Of a stretch of DNA of 64,000 nucleotides, positions 29,821-41,311 are shown one piece after another; position 1 is the first letter of the stretch; every line of letters starts with the position of its first letter. Both the position numbers and the translations under genes were made by a program. This stretch comes from an uncultured Syntrophaceae bacterium (GTDB taxonomy: Bacteria; Desulfobacterota; Syntrophia; Syntrophales; PHBD01), in assembly GCA_964558665.1 (NCBI GenBank), contig CAZLFA010000011.1:4617-68616 (forward strand). The letters run 5' to 3'. Below the pieces are notes generated by a model, which did not search any database, had not been told where the DNA came from, and saw only the letters and a list, made by a program, of their open reading frames with translations.

Positions 29821-30816
29821 TCAACCGTTAAAAGCCGCCACGGCCTCATCGATCAGGCGTTGAGCGCAGTTTTTGTATTTGGGCGAGTAATGAAACAGCG
29901 TGATTCGTTTTGCACCGGCCCTCCTCGCCAGAGTTCCCGCCTGCTTCGCCGTCAGATGATACTTCTGCGCCGCCTTTTCCGCATCCTCCGCCAGAAAGGT
30001 AGCCTCAATAAAGAGATGATCAGCCCCCTCCGCCAGCTCCACAATCCGATCAATATTGTCTTCGCTGTAGAGGACATCCGTGATGTAAGCAATACGCTGC
30101 CCTGTCGTGATCTTTATAATTGAGTCCTTTAATTCGCCGAGCGGCATGCATTTCTCCCGGATCTGCCTGTTCTCATCTTTCCACCATACGCGCACTTCCG
30201 TCTCATCGGGATCATTATTCAATACATGTTCTCTCAAGGTCATCAGCCAGGCGCCGGCAGGCAGGCCCCTCTCCAAAAGTGCCGTCTTTTTCACATTGAC
30301 GCGATTCTTCTCTTCAAAACGAAAGGCAAGACAGGGGACCTTATGATCAAGAAATGTACCCTTGATGGAAAAATATTTATTATCGACAATTGTACCGTCG
30401 TAACTTTCTTCAACAGCCTTTCCCGGTCTGAAGGCAGTGTGACAATCGAAAACTCTGGATATCTTCCTCTCCTCGTTTATCTCTGTAGCTACCAGGGCAA
30501 AATCATTCGTATAATTTTCGACAAGGTTCCATGTGTACGCTTTGAGTTTATTCTCAATCTGCTCCAGAAAACCGGGGGGACCGTACAAAAAGATGCGGCG
30601 GTCCCGCCCTAGACAGACCCGCAGCATCTGATCAAAACCTATGAAGTGATCCATATGCGTATGCGAAACGAAGACATGACCGATCTTGAGCAGTTTGCGC
30701 GGCGGCAGCAGGTGTAAATCTCCCAGGTCAAAGAGAATCGCCTCATGACGGTATTTAAATTCAATATAGACGGCCGGATCGCCGAAGGGATCGTTGATGA
30801 GAGCAGCGCTGAACAT
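29821..30816 (-). CDS. MBL-fold metallo-hydrolase (RNase Z/beta-lactamase superfamily)
   Basis: HxHxDH motif VSHTHMDHFIG and a downstream conserved His/Asp pattern. The substrate cannot be assigned. Confidence 0.75.
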   Translation of the reverse strand: MFSAALINDPFGDPAVYIEFKYRHEAILFDLGDLHLLPPRKLLKIGHVFVSHTHMDHFIGFDQMLRVCLGRDRRIFLYGPPGFLEQIENKLKAYTWNLVENYTNDFALVATEINEERKISRVFDCHTAFRPGKAVEESYDGTIVDNKYFSIKGTFLDHKVPCLAFRFEEKNRVNVKKTALLERGLPAGAWLMTLREHVLNNDPDETEVRVWWKDENRQIREKCMPLGELKDSIIKITTGQRIAYITDVLYSEDNIDRIVELAEGADHLFIEATFLAEDAEKAAQKYHLTAKQAGTLARRAGAKRITLFHYSPKYKNCAQRLIDEAVAAFNG

Positions 30817-30946
30817 AATTTCTACACCTGCATAACTTTAATATAAAACCATGTTCAATCATATATATCTTAAATATATCATGATTTATTTTAAAATTAA
30901 ACTTGACATTATGCGTAATATTCGCATAAATCCACCCACTGTTTAA

Positions 30947-31189
30947 ATGAATAATCATTCGCATGGAGCTTCCGTGGCCGCAAAAGGAAAGATAACAATC
31001 AATAGGGATTTGTGCAAAGAGTGTCACCTCTGCATATACGTCTGCAAACAGGAGCAGATAGCCCCGTCCAAAACGTACAATGCCAAGGGTTATCGTCCCG
31101 TCGTATTCATTGAAAATGGAAAGTGCACGGGGTGTGCTCTGTGTGCGACCATGTGCCCGGAAATCGCTATAGAGGTGTACCGTGAATAA
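30947..31189 (+). CDS. 2-oxoacid:ferredoxin oxidoreductase delta subunit (2x[4Fe-4S] ferredoxin)
   Basis: Two CxxCxxCxxxCP clusters (CKECHLCIYVC; CTGCALCATMCP). It overlaps the alpha subunit gene by 8 nt. Confidence 0.85.
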   Translation: MNNHSHGASVAAKGKITINRDLCKECHLCIYVCKQEQIAPSKTYNAKGYRPVVFIENGKCTGCALCATMCPEIAIEVYRE

Positions 31190-32258
31190 AGTGCTCATGC
31201 AGGGCAATATGCTTATCGGTGAAGCAGCCATAAGAGCAGGCTGTCGTTTCTATGCCGGTTACCCGATTACCCCCCAGAATGAACTGACTGAATACATGGC
31301 GGAAAACCTTCGCAAGGTGGAAGGCGGCGTATTTATCCAGTCGGAAAGCGAGATCGCTGCAGTAAACATGATCGCCGGGGCAAGCGCCGCCGGAGCTCGT
31401 GTGATGACATCATCCTCCAGCCCGGGAATATCGTTAAAACAGGAAGGTATTTCCTCCATGGCGGCATGTGAATTGCCCGGCGTCATTGTCAACATCATGC
31501 GGGGCGGGCCCGGTCTTGGAAACATCCGGCCCTCACAGGGTGACTATTTTCAAGCTACGCGCGGAGGCGGGCACGGTGATTACAGAGTGATCGTTCTGGC
31601 CCCTGCAACAGGACAGGAACTTGCTGATTTGACCATGGCGGCCTTTGATCTGGCCGACCAGTACCGCTCACCGGTGATGATTCTGGCTGACGGAATGATG
31701 GGGCAGATGATGGAACCTGTCACCTTTAAAAAACCGAAGACGCGCAAATATGATGAGCGCTATGTCCTGAAAGGATGCGGAACCGGTAAAAGCAAATTCA
31801 TAAGAGGGCTTATTCTTGACGCTCAACTCATGGAAGAGCACAACTGGAAGCTTTACAGAAAATACCAGGTCATTTCCCAGAAAGAAACGAGATGCGAAAG
31901 ATATAGGACAGAAGATGCGGAAATGGTCATTGTCGCATACGGGACAGCGGCGAGGGTTGCAAAGGGCGCCATAAAAAGACTGAGAGATTCCGGTCTCAAA
32001 GTGGGGCTTTTCCGCCCGATTTCTCTCTGGCCTTTCCCCACCAAGGAACTGCGGGAAATGTCGGAGAAGACAAAACATTATATAGTGTTTGAAATGAGCA
32101 CAGGCCAGATGCTGGAAGATGTTAGGCTTGCTCTGCAGGGATATGCGGAGATAGACTTCTTCGGACGCCCCGGTGGTGTTGTGCCGCCGCCGATGGAGCT
32201 GTATAACGTTGTCGCGCGCCGTTATCCCAAAAAAGACGAATATATGGATCGTTTTTAG
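31182..32258 (+). CDS. 2-oxoacid:ferredoxin oxidoreductase alpha subunit
   Basis: [30 protein letters not shown]...[10 protein letters not shown] typical of the Kor/Vor/Por alpha N-terminus. Substrate specificity is not determinable from the sequence alone. Confidence 0.85.
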   Translation: MNKVLMQGNMLIGEAAIRAGCRFYAGYPITPQNELTEYMAENLRKVEGGVFIQSESEIAAVNMIAGASAAGARVMTSSSSPGISLKQEGISSMAACELPGVIVNIMRGGPGLGNIRPSQGDYFQATRGGGHGDYRVIVLAPATGQELADLTMAAFDLADQYRSPVMILADGMMGQMMEPVTFKKPKTRKYDERYVLKGCGTGKSKFIRGLILDAQLMEEHNWKLYRKYQVISQKETRCERYRTEDAEMVIVAYGTAARVAKGAIKRLRDSGLKVGLFRPISLWPFPTKELREMSEKTKHYIVFEMSTGQMLEDVRLALQGYAEIDFFGRPGGVVPPPMELYNVVARRYPKKDEYMDRF

Positions 32259-32290
32259 TCAATTGGATCAAACCGAGGAATTTACAGCAG

Positions 32291-33058
32291 ATGAAAAAAG
32301 TATTCCAATACCCTGAAAGCCTGAAAAGCACCCCGTTTCATTATTGTCCGGGATGCGGTCACAGCATCATCCACCGGCTTGTAGCGGAGGTTATCGACGA
32401 GATGAAGATCAGGGGGATTACTATCGGCGTACCCCCGGCAGGATGCGCCGTACTTGCATACAACTACTTTGACGTCGACATGCAGGAAGCGCCTCACGGG
32501 AGAGGCCCGGCAGTGGCGACCGGAATAAAGAGAATGCTTCCCGATCGCGTTGTGTTCTCCTACCAGGGCGACGGTGATCTCGCTGCAATCGGAACCGCCG
32601 AAAGCTTCCATGCGGCAAACAGAGGGGAAAACATCACGATCATATTTATAAACAACGCAGTCTACGGCATGACGGGAGGCCAGATGGCGCCGACTACCAT
32701 TCTCGGCCAGAAGACCACAACATCTCCTCCGGGCAGAGATGCCCTTCTGGACGGTCATCCTGTACGCATCAGTGAGATTCTGGCGCATCTGCCGGGAACC
32801 GCCTATACGGAAAGATGTGCCGTCACGTCACCGGCAGGCATCAACAAAGCCAAGCGGGCTATCAGAAAGGCCTTCCAATACCAGATGGAGGGACGAGGAT
32901 TCACGCTTGTGGAACTGCTTTCTCCGTGCCCGACCAACTGGAAGATGAGCCCCGTCGATTCCTGCAAGTGGATCGACGACGTGATGACGAAGCAATTTCC
33001 TCTGGGAGTGATGAAGGACACACCGGCTTCTGAAAAAAAGGAGGCGCAGGCATCATGA
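32291..33058 (+). CDS. 2-oxoacid:ferredoxin oxidoreductase beta subunit (TPP-binding)
   Basis: CPGCGH motif and TPP-binding GDGDLAAIG...[11 protein letters not shown]. Confidence 0.85.
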   Translation: MKKVFQYPESLKSTPFHYCPGCGHSIIHRLVAEVIDEMKIRGITIGVPPAGCAVLAYNYFDVDMQEAPHGRGPAVATGIKRMLPDRVVFSYQGDGDLAAIGTAESFHAANRGENITIIFINNAVYGMTGGQMAPTTILGQKTTTSPPGRDALLDGHPVRISEILAHLPGTAYTERCAVTSPAGINKAKRAIRKAFQYQMEGRGFTLVELLSPCPTNWKMSPVDSCKWIDDVMTKQFPLGVMKDTPASEKKEAQAS

Positions 33059-33612
33059 TGGTAAAAACTATTTTCTCCGGATTCGGAGGCCAGGGCGTCC
33101 TCATGATGGGCTACACGTTTGCGTATGCAGCAATGAGCAGCGGTCTGCATGTTACCTATCTGCCGTCATACGGGGCGGAGATGAGGGGCGGCACGGCAAA
33201 TTGCACCGTTGCCATATCGGATGAAGAGATCGCTTCCCCCATTGCTTCCGAACCGGATTATATAATAGCCATGAACACTCCGTCACTTTACACTTTCCAG
33301 AATCGCGTCGCCAGCGGAGGCACCCTTTTTCTTAATGCATCAATTATCGAGGCACACCCCAGCAGAAAGGACATCGCTGTATGTTCTGTCCCCTGCGGCG
33401 AAATTGCGGAAAGCCAGGGAAATTCGAGAGGAGCCAACGTTGTCATGATGGGCGCCTTTCTCAAAAAAACGGGATTGCTGTCAACGGAGCTTTATCTAAA
33501 AAGCCTGGAAACTTATATGGGAACCAAAAAGAAGGCGTTAGTGGAAACAAACCGGAAGGCGTTCAAGGCAGGATATGAATTCCTGGATAAAGCGGCAGGA
33601 GGAACCAAATAA
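33055..33612 (+). CDS. 2-oxoacid:ferredoxin oxidoreductase gamma subunit
   Basis: [13 protein letters not shown]...[12 protein letters not shown] typical gamma-subunit motifs. There is a 4-nt overlap with the beta gene. Confidence 0.85.
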   Translation: MMVKTIFSGFGGQGVLMMGYTFAYAAMSSGLHVTYLPSYGAEMRGGTANCTVAISDEEIASPIASEPDYIIAMNTPSLYTFQNRVASGGTLFLNASIIEAHPSRKDIAVCSVPCGEIAESQGNSRGANVVMMGAFLKKTGLLSTELYLKSLETYMGTKKKALVETNRKAFKAGYEFLDKAAGGTK

Positions 33613-33614
33613 TC

Positions 33615-34043
33615 ATGGCTGTCAAGCAGATCTCAGTATTATTGGGCAATTTGCCGGGGACACTGTCCAGGCTTACCGATATCCTCGACAAAGAAGACAT
33701 TACCGCCAAGGCCATGCTCACGGCCAGCATTGCCGAAGACAGCATGGTTCGCCTGGTTGTCAACGACCCGCAGCGGGCTGCCGGCGTGATCGAGAGCTTT
33801 AATTTCAATTACGAGATAACGGAGGTTCTGGCGGCTGAAGTTCCTCTGCACCCGGGAGGAATGAACGCTATACTGAAGCCTCTGGCAAGCTCGGATATCA
33901 ATATTCACTACCTCTACACCACTATCAATCGCCTGGGCAAGGAGACCATTGTCATCCTGGGCGTGGACAAGATAGAAGAAGCCGCAGACATCCTGCGGCG
34001 AAACTGGATCAATCTTATCGATGACGAGATTTATTCGCTCTGA
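33615..34043 (+). CDS. ACT domain protein (small-molecule binding regulatory domain pair)
   Basis: 142 aa. ISVLLGNLPGTLSRLTDILDKEDITAKAM and a second VLAAEVPLHPGGMNAILKPLASSDINIHYLY resemble tandem ACT folds. It starts 3 nt after the gamma subunit. Confidence 0.6.
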   Translation: MAVKQISVLLGNLPGTLSRLTDILDKEDITAKAMLTASIAEDSMVRLVVNDPQRAAGVIESFNFNYEITEVLAAEVPLHPGGMNAILKPLASSDINIHYLYTTINRLGKETIVILGVDKIEEAADILRRNWINLIDDEIYSL

Positions 34044-34077
34044 AAGAAAAGTCCTGTAACCTTTTCCTGCTTTTCTT

Positions 34078-34494
34078 ATGTCTGTATCCCCTGAAAAAGA
34101 AAAAACGCTTCAAAAGCGCATGGAGGCTCTCGGAGTCCAGGAGAGCGACTTTCGGGAAACCTTTGTCCGTTCCTCAGGGCCTGGCGGCCAGAAGGTAAAC
34201 AAGACGTCGACCTGTGTGCTTCTGGTTCATATGCCTACCGGACTTTCAGTAAAATGCCAGCAGGAAAGGTCTCAGGCGTTGAACAGGTTTTTGGCCAGGC
34301 GGATCCTTGTAGACCGTATCGAAAGGCTGAAGACAGGGTTGGTTGCAGCCGAAAAGATGCGCATCGAAAAAGTCAGAAGACAGAAACGGCGCCGCTCGAA
34401 AAGAGCACAGGAGAAAATGCTGGAGCAGAAGCATATACAATCGGAAAAGAAAAACCTGAGGGTTAAAGTTTCTGGGGATACAGGAGAGGGTTAA
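34078..34494 (+). CDS. RF-1 domain protein (ArfB-like peptidyl-tRNA hydrolase / ribosome rescue factor)
   Basis: GGQ motif SSGPGGQKVNKTST, ~138 aa, and a basic C-terminal tail (KVRRQKRRRSKRAQEK). Confidence 0.75.
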   Translation: MSVSPEKEKTLQKRMEALGVQESDFRETFVRSSGPGGQKVNKTSTCVLLVHMPTGLSVKCQQERSQALNRFLARRILVDRIERLKTGLVAAEKMRIEKVRRQKRRRSKRAQEKMLEQKHIQSEKKNLRVKVSGDTGEG

Positions 34495-34561
34495 AAGAAT
34501 AAAAAAAGGGAGGAGAAGTCCTTTGTTATTTGCCTCTCCCCCCTTTATGCAATATGCCTTT

Positions 34562-34945
34562 TTACATACCAACCAGCTTCAGGAGCGGGTTAGCGTAAAG
34601 GATGACCAGCGCAATAACCAGAGCATAGATCGCGACGGACTCTGTCATAGCCATACCGACCATCATGGTCATCATGATTTTACCCTGCGCATCGGGGTTT
34701 CTGCCGACGGCATTGCTGGCGCCGCTTGTTGCCTGTCCAAGACCGAGACCGGCACCGATTGCACCAAATCCCATTGATACGCCTGCTGCCAACGTAGTAA
34801 TTGCAACGATAATCGTTTTTGAGTAATCAATAACGCCTGACGGAGCCGGAGCTGCTGCTGCCGCTTCTTTCGCTGCCAATGCCAACGGGGCGAGTACGAA
34901 AACTGCCATGATTACCAGCAAACTGCCTACGAATACTTTTTTCAT
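34562..34945 (-). CDS. atpE: F-type ATP synthase subunit c with an N-terminal signal-peptide-like extension
   Basis: GRNPDAQGKIMMTMMVGMAMTESVAIYALVIALVILYANP matches the c-subunit loop (R-N/Q-P) and carboxylate helix. I place the start at ATG 34945 (MKKVFVGSLLVIMAVFVLAPLALAAKE..) because AAGGAGGA lies just upstream; the track ORF extends to 35107. Confidence 0.8.
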   Translation of the reverse strand: MKKVFVGSLLVIMAVFVLAPLALAAKEAAAAAPAPSGVIDYSKTIIVAITTLAAGVSMGFGAIGAGLGLGQATSGASNAVGRNPDAQGKIMMTMMVGMAMTESVAIYALVIALVILYANPLLKLVGM

Positions 34946-35313
34946 TCTTTCCTCCTTAGTTTTTTGTTTTTTTGTTAACCATTTTCCTGGAAAAATCGCG
35001 TTTTGCTGCCTTCCTTCACCCCCCTTCCTTTTTTTTTGCGCCTCCCCGGACACATCCATCACGTGAACCTGAGAAGACATGGTATCTTGTAACTGCACAG
35101 GAGACAATTGTCAAGAAGATTTTGGGTTGCAAACATTGAAAGAATGTGCTTTTTAGAGTCACAAGAATAAAGCAGGATTATCAATAATATTTTATTTTCG
35201 AATCCTTGACATGAATGAATTCGTGTTTAACTTAGGCAGGATTTGAATACTTACCGCATCGCCTCATAACAAAAAAATATACAAAAAATGCAGAAAGGAG
35301 AGAGTATAGCATT

Positions 35314-37267
<1,954 letters not shown>

Positions 37268-37306
37268 GCAATGCCTCATAAGTATAAATAAGTTTTTTAA
37301 CACAAA

Positions 37307-37345
37307 AGCCCTCTGCAAGTTCATCCTGCAGAGGGCTTTATATTT
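37307..37345 (+). terminator. Rho-independent terminator downstream of groEL
   Basis: 11-bp stem AGCCCTCTGCA / TGCAGAGGGCT (37307..37317 and 37327..37337) followed by TTTATATTT. Confidence 0.75.
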
Positions 37346-37370
37346 CAAGTCCAATGTTTAACATAACTCA

Positions 37371-37481
37371 CTTAAAGAGTTGTTCCGCGGCTCAGAATAT
37401 TTTTCTTCCGAAGCAGTTGCAGATTTTACGAGTCGTGCCCGGCAGAAAAAAATTTGGTTCGCCGCTTGAAAACTATTTAAG
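37371..37481 (-). repeat. Palindromic intergenic repeat, copy 5 (- orientation, ~40 nt internal insert)
   Basis: CTTAAAGAGTTGTTCCGCGGCTCAGAATATTTTTCTTCCGAAGC...GGCAGAAAAAAATTTGGTTCGCCGCTTGAAAACTATTTAAG. Confidence 0.8.
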
Positions 37482-37508
37482 CATGCTTTTATCTTTTGTG
37501 CAGAGCTT

Positions 37509-39239
37509 TCATTTCAAAGGAATATTAAAAGAGAAGGTGCTGCCCTTGCCTGTCTCGCTTTCCACCCAGATTTTCCCTCCGTGATGTTCGATAATCTGTC
37601 GGCAGATGGCCAAGCCCAGGCCTGTTCCCCTTAATTGGCGGGTGAGTGCGCCATTTGCCTGACGGTACTTCTCGAATATCTTCTGTTTGTCTTCTTCAGC
37701 AATACCGATACCTGAGTCAATGACGCTAACAATAATTTCTCCATTGCTCTGTTTTGCTGCCAGGGTGACGATGCCATGCTCGGTAAATCTGACGGCATTG
37801 GAAAGAAGGTTTACAAGAACCTGTACCAGGCGATCCCTGTCTCCCGTAACAGAGGGCAGATTACTCTCCACATCCTTTGTCAGAGAGATGTCCTTTTGTG
37901 CAAAGATGGGTGCAGTTGCCGTTACTGCCTGCGCAATAATATCTTCAATAGACATGGAAACCATCTGCCAATCAATCTTGCCGGATTCGAACTTGGCCAT
38001 GTCATAAACGTTGTTTATCAGAGCGGACAGCCTCCTCCCCTCAGACAGCATTGTATTGATGTTGTCCTGCAACCGCTCGACAACTTTGTTCGTCTGTTCG
38101 TCTTCGGCATTCAGTTTTGGGAGAATGGATTCCTCCATCTTTTTTTTGATGCTTTCGGAGAAAACCAAAACGGATGAAAGGGGCGTCTTTAATTCATGCG
38201 CGACTGTTGCAAGGAAATCCATTCGTTTTTCTGTTTCCGCCAGCAATTGCTGATTCTTTTCCTCCAGGGCTTCTATTCTGCCCCTGGCATCGTTGAACCT
38301 GGATCTTAGCGCCATTAAAAAGATAGTGCCGCCAAATATAGTAGTGGCAAGAACTATCATCCAGAAGACAAGGTGCCAGGTTGACAGGCGTCCGTAAGAT
38401 TCAATTGCCGCCGTTATGCTTACCAATGAAAATGGCGTGTCCTTTATGGGAAAACGCAAGGCATAGGATTTTCTTTTTACGCCATCGGAAGTAACCGCAG
38501 CAAACTCAAAAGGCTTGCCGGTTTCTATTTCACCAAGATCCGGAACACCGCTAAGGCCTGGATCCGCGGGTGAGCCTTTTAAAAGTTCCTTGCCTTCCGT
38601 CAAAACAAACGCTTTCCTGTCCGGAATCTGTTCGTCCTTAAAGAGATGGTCATAGACTATATTCGACCTGATCAAGGCAACGATCTGTCCTTTATAAACG
38701 TTTTGATGATAGCATGGCCGGGAAATCATGATTTCCCGGTTCGCCTTTATGGTAAACAGCATTCTATCCCCATTTTTCGGAGGCGGCGGCGCTTTAAGAC
38801 CATTTTTCGCATCCATGAACGGTTTTGATGAAACATGATCTATAAGGATGATCCCTTTTTCATCAAAAAACACCATTCTTGTATAGACAGGGTTGCTGCC
38901 CACTTTTCGCCCATTAATCAATTCCAAAAAGCGGTGATTGACCGGAATGACACGAAGCTCCTGCTGCTGGGAATCAGCCTGATCGGGGGCCATGTTTTCA
39001 AAGAAGGCACTCATCTCCCCGGATGATGCAAGGCCGACCAGATCATCCCTGCGATCAGTAAAAAATGCAGCCAGGGCAGCGCTGCGTCTTTCTGTTTCAA
39101 TTCTCGCCTGCTCCAGCAGCGTGGTTTGCAGTCCGCTCATCGAAACGAAACCGGAAATAAACATGAAAAAGACGTATCCGATAATGGCTGCCCCGACAAT
39201 AAAGGCGATAAGGTTGAGTTTATTTTGATACCATTTCAT
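37509..39239 (-). CDS. Sensor histidine kinase with a large periplasmic (Cache-like) domain
   Basis: Two TM segments around a ~270 aa extracytoplasmic region. H-box FLATVAHELKTPLSS. HATPase boxes (LVNLLSNAVRFT, DSGIGI, GTGLGLAICRQI). No cognate RR gene is adjacent. Confidence 0.85.
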   Translation of the reverse strand: MKWYQNKLNLIAFIVGAAIIGYVFFMFISGFVSMSGLQTTLLEQARIETERRSAALAAFFTDRRDDLVGLASSGEMSAFFENMAPDQADSQQQELRVIPVNHRFLELINGRKVGSNPVYTRMVFFDEKGIILIDHVSSKPFMDAKNGLKAPPPPKNGDRMLFTIKANREIMISRPCYHQNVYKGQIVALIRSNIVYDHLFKDEQIPDRKAFVLTEGKELLKGSPADPGLSGVPDLGEIETGKPFEFAAVTSDGVKRKSYALRFPIKDTPFSLVSITAAIESYGRLSTWHLVFWMIVLATTIFGGTIFLMALRSRFNDARGRIEALEEKNQQLLAETEKRMDFLATVAHELKTPLSSVLVFSESIKKKMEESILPKLNAEDEQTNKVVERLQDNINTMLSEGRRLSALINNVYDMAKFESGKIDWQMVSMSIEDIIAQAVTATAPIFAQKDISLTKDVESNLPSVTGDRDRLVQVLVNLLSNAVRFTEHGIVTLAAKQSNGEIIVSVIDSGIGIAEEDKQKIFEKYRQANGALTRQLRGTGLGLAICRQIIEHHGGKIWVESETGKGSTFSFNIPLK

Positions 39240-39319
39240 TTTTCAATACACAGTGATAAAATATCCGAAAGCCTAAAAAGCTGCCGGTTGCAAATTCTCC
39301 GACTATCCGACGCATTGTA

Positions 39320-39490
39320 TCAATCAAGCCTTTTCGCTTCATCGATCAGCATGACAGGAATATCATCCCTGATCTCATAGAGAAGCCTGCATTTATCGCA
39401 TATCAGACCGTCCATCTTTTCATTCAGATGGATGTCGCCCTTACACTTAGGACATGCCAGAATATCAAGTAGTTCCTTGCTTATTGCCAT
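39320..39490 (-). CDS. Trm112/YcaR-family small zinc-ribbon protein (56 aa; below the ORF-track size cutoff)
   Basis: My own translation: MAISKELLDILACPKCKGDIHLNEKMDGLICDKCRLLYEIRDDIPVMLIDEAKRLD. CPxC..CxxC and the IPVML motif are typical of the Trm112 family. Confidence 0.75.
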   Translation of the reverse strand: MAISKELLDILACPKCKGDIHLNEKMDGLICDKCRLLYEIRDDIPVMLIDEAKRLD

Positions 39491-39528
39491 ACTCAACCTC
39501 CATGATTTGTTATCATATCATAGTATGA

Positions 39529-40587
39529 TTATAGCCCATAGACTTTTTCTTTTACAGCCTCAAAAACGTCATTAACGCTTATTTCCCGCATACATATATT
39601 TGTTTCACACTTTTTTAAAAAACAGGGGCGGCAGGGCAGGTTTTTCGTTATGACCGTATGCCCTTCCCCGTAAGGACCGGTTCTGTTAGCATCGGTAGGG
39701 CCGAAAAGGGCAACCACCGGCGTCCCCACTGCAGCCGCTAGGTGCATGGGGCCCGAGTCGGTGCTTACGAGGAGTGCAGACCTTTTATAGACGCAGGCGA
39801 GGTCCCTGAGGCTAGTTTTACCGCCCAGGTCGGCCGCCTGCTCCGACATGAGAGCCTCGATCCTGCCGGTGTCTTTACCATCAGCTCCCGTCAGCACAAC
39901 CCTGTATCCCAGTTCCCTGATTATCCGGTCGGCAAGGGCGGCAAATCTGCCGTCCTCCCACAGCTTGGTATCCCAGAGAGCTACGGAGCTTATTGCAATA
40001 AATCGTTCATCATCTTTTATTGCATCTTCCCGAAGAAGGGCGTTGACCCGTTTTACATTATCTTCTTCTACAGGTATCAGAAATTCCGGAGGAGGATTTT
40101 GTAATCCCAGATACCGCACAAAATCAAGATAGCGGTCTACGGCGTGTTTGTTCATGTCTTCGGGTATTTTTTCATTCAGGAAAAGACCGCTTGCCTCCTG
40201 AAGACTGTCATACCCCAGTTTCCGCTTCGCACTGCTCAGCAAGACAAACACGGCGCTTTTGAACAGGCCATGGAAATCGATGACAAGGTCATAATGACGA
40301 TCCCTGAGCGTTTTGAGAATTGTCCGGATCTCACTCCAAGGCTCGCGAAAAGAGCCGTGCCCGAACGCCTTCAGCCAGCGTTTCCGGCCGGAGACAATCA
40401 GCCTGTCGATTTGCGGATGGCCTTTGAGCAGATCGGATGCCGCCTCCTCAATGATCCATGTAATATGCGCCTCAGGATACAGCCTTCTCAATCCTGCCAG
40501 GGCGGGCAGTGTATGTATAACGTCGCCGATGGCGCTCAGCTTGACGATAAGGATATTCACTTTGATGACCTGTCCCTTATGACCCAC
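39529..40587 (-). CDS. Glycosyltransferase family 9 (LPS heptosyltransferase, WaaC-like)
   Basis: ILIVKLSAIGDVIHTLPALAGLRRLYPEAHITWIIEE N-terminus and C-terminal TDSGPMHLAAAVGTPVVALFGPT are typical of GT9. Confidence 0.75.
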   Translation of the reverse strand: MGHKGQVIKVNILIVKLSAIGDVIHTLPALAGLRRLYPEAHITWIIEEAASDLLKGHPQIDRLIVSGRKRWLKAFGHGSFREPWSEIRTILKTLRDRHYDLVIDFHGLFKSAVFVLLSSAKRKLGYDSLQEASGLFLNEKIPEDMNKHAVDRYLDFVRYLGLQNPPPEFLIPVEEDNVKRVNALLREDAIKDDERFIAISSVALWDTKLWEDGRFAALADRIIRELGYRVVLTGADGKDTGRIEALMSEQAADLGGKTSLRDLACVYKRSALLVSTDSGPMHLAAAVGTPVVALFGPTDANRTGPYGEGHTVITKNLPCRPCFLKKCETNICMREISVNDVFEAVKEKVYGL

Positions 40588-41126
40588 CGGACGGCATCCA
40601 GGACGTCTTCCGCTGTGTAATCCGGTTCTGCATCGCCGTTCAGGTGCTCAAGGCCGTGCCCTGTTTTTACGAGGATGCCTTTTGCCGACACTCTCTTTGC
40701 CGCCTGAATATCGGAAGCATGATCTCCGATAACGTATGATATGCTGAGGTCGATGCCGTGATCTTCTGCCGCTCTGATGAGCATCCCCGGCTCCGGCTTC
40801 CTGCATGAACACTGCTGCCGGTATGGCTCGCTGCCCACTGTCGGATGGTGGGGACAATAATAAAACCCGTCTATAACAGCCCCTTGCCCCGCCAGGTGAT
40901 CACGGATCCGTCCGTGAATTTCGCTCAGGAAGCCTTCATCTATCAGCCCCCGCGCCACTCCCGACTGATTTGTGATGACTACAGCCTTCATCCCTGCATC
41001 ATTGACCATGCGCACAGCCTCCACGGCGTTCGGATAGATGTGAAGATCCCGGAGGCTGCCGATATAGCCGGCTTCCTCGTTAATGGTCCCGTCCCGGTCG
41101 AAAAAAACCGCTGCCTTGCCGCTCAT
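40557..41126 (-). CDS. gmhB: D-glycero-D-manno-heptose 1,7-bisphosphate phosphatase
   Basis: HAD motif AVFFDRDGTINEE, zinc-loop CPHHP..C.CRKP and GD..SD. It sits between two heptosyltransferase genes. Confidence 0.8.
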   Translation of the reverse strand: MSGKAAVFFDRDGTINEEAGYIGSLRDLHIYPNAVEAVRMVNDAGMKAVVITNQSGVARGLIDEGFLSEIHGRIRDHLAGQGAVIDGFYYCPHHPTVGSEPYRQQCSCRKPEPGMLIRAAEDHGIDLSISYVIGDHASDIQAAKRVSAKGILVKTGHGLEHLNGDAEPDYTAEDVLDAVRWVIRDRSSK

Positions 41127-41160
41127 GAGACAGTCTCCTTTTTATCCCGGATTACGCGAT

Positions 41161-41269
41161 AAAAAAAGTAATACTCTTATGTTTCCCGGTCAAAGAAACT
41201 TTCCGCGGCTCAGAATATTTTTCACAAGAAAAATATTTGATTCGCCGCTTGAAAAACTCTTTGACCAGG
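41161..41269 (-). repeat. Palindromic intergenic repeat, copy 6 (- orientation)
   Basis: AAAAAAAGTAATAC...CCGGTCAAAGAAACTTTCCGCGGCTCAGAATATTTTTCACAAGAAAAATATTTGATTCGCCGCTTGAAAAACTCTTTGACCAGG. This is the reverse complement of the copy 1 and copy 7 architecture, including the GTATTACTTTTTTT flank. Confidence 0.9.
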
Positions 41270-41311
41270 TTAATGTTCGCTTACCTAAGTGCCTATATGT
41301 TAACTTCGGGT

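Noticed and set aside
34562-34945. Possible Na+-binding signature in the c-subunit (E-S...Y as in Ilyobacter/Propionigenium c-subunits; the LYANP C-terminus is very similar)
   Set aside because: In an ungapped alignment of helix 1 (AIGAGLGLGQATSG.. versus ..GIGPGVGQGYAAG..), the position of the Na+-ligand Gln is Leu here and the nearby Gln is shifted by two residues. The motif is therefore incomplete and ion specificity cannot be called.
35108-35313. Looked for a CIRCE element (TTAGCACTC-N9-GAGTGCTAA) or a sigma-32 type promoter upstream of groES
   Set aside because: No CIRCE-like inverted repeat is present. There is only a weak sigma-70-like TTGACA (35206..35211)-16 nt-TAACTT, which I do not consider sufficient to annotate.
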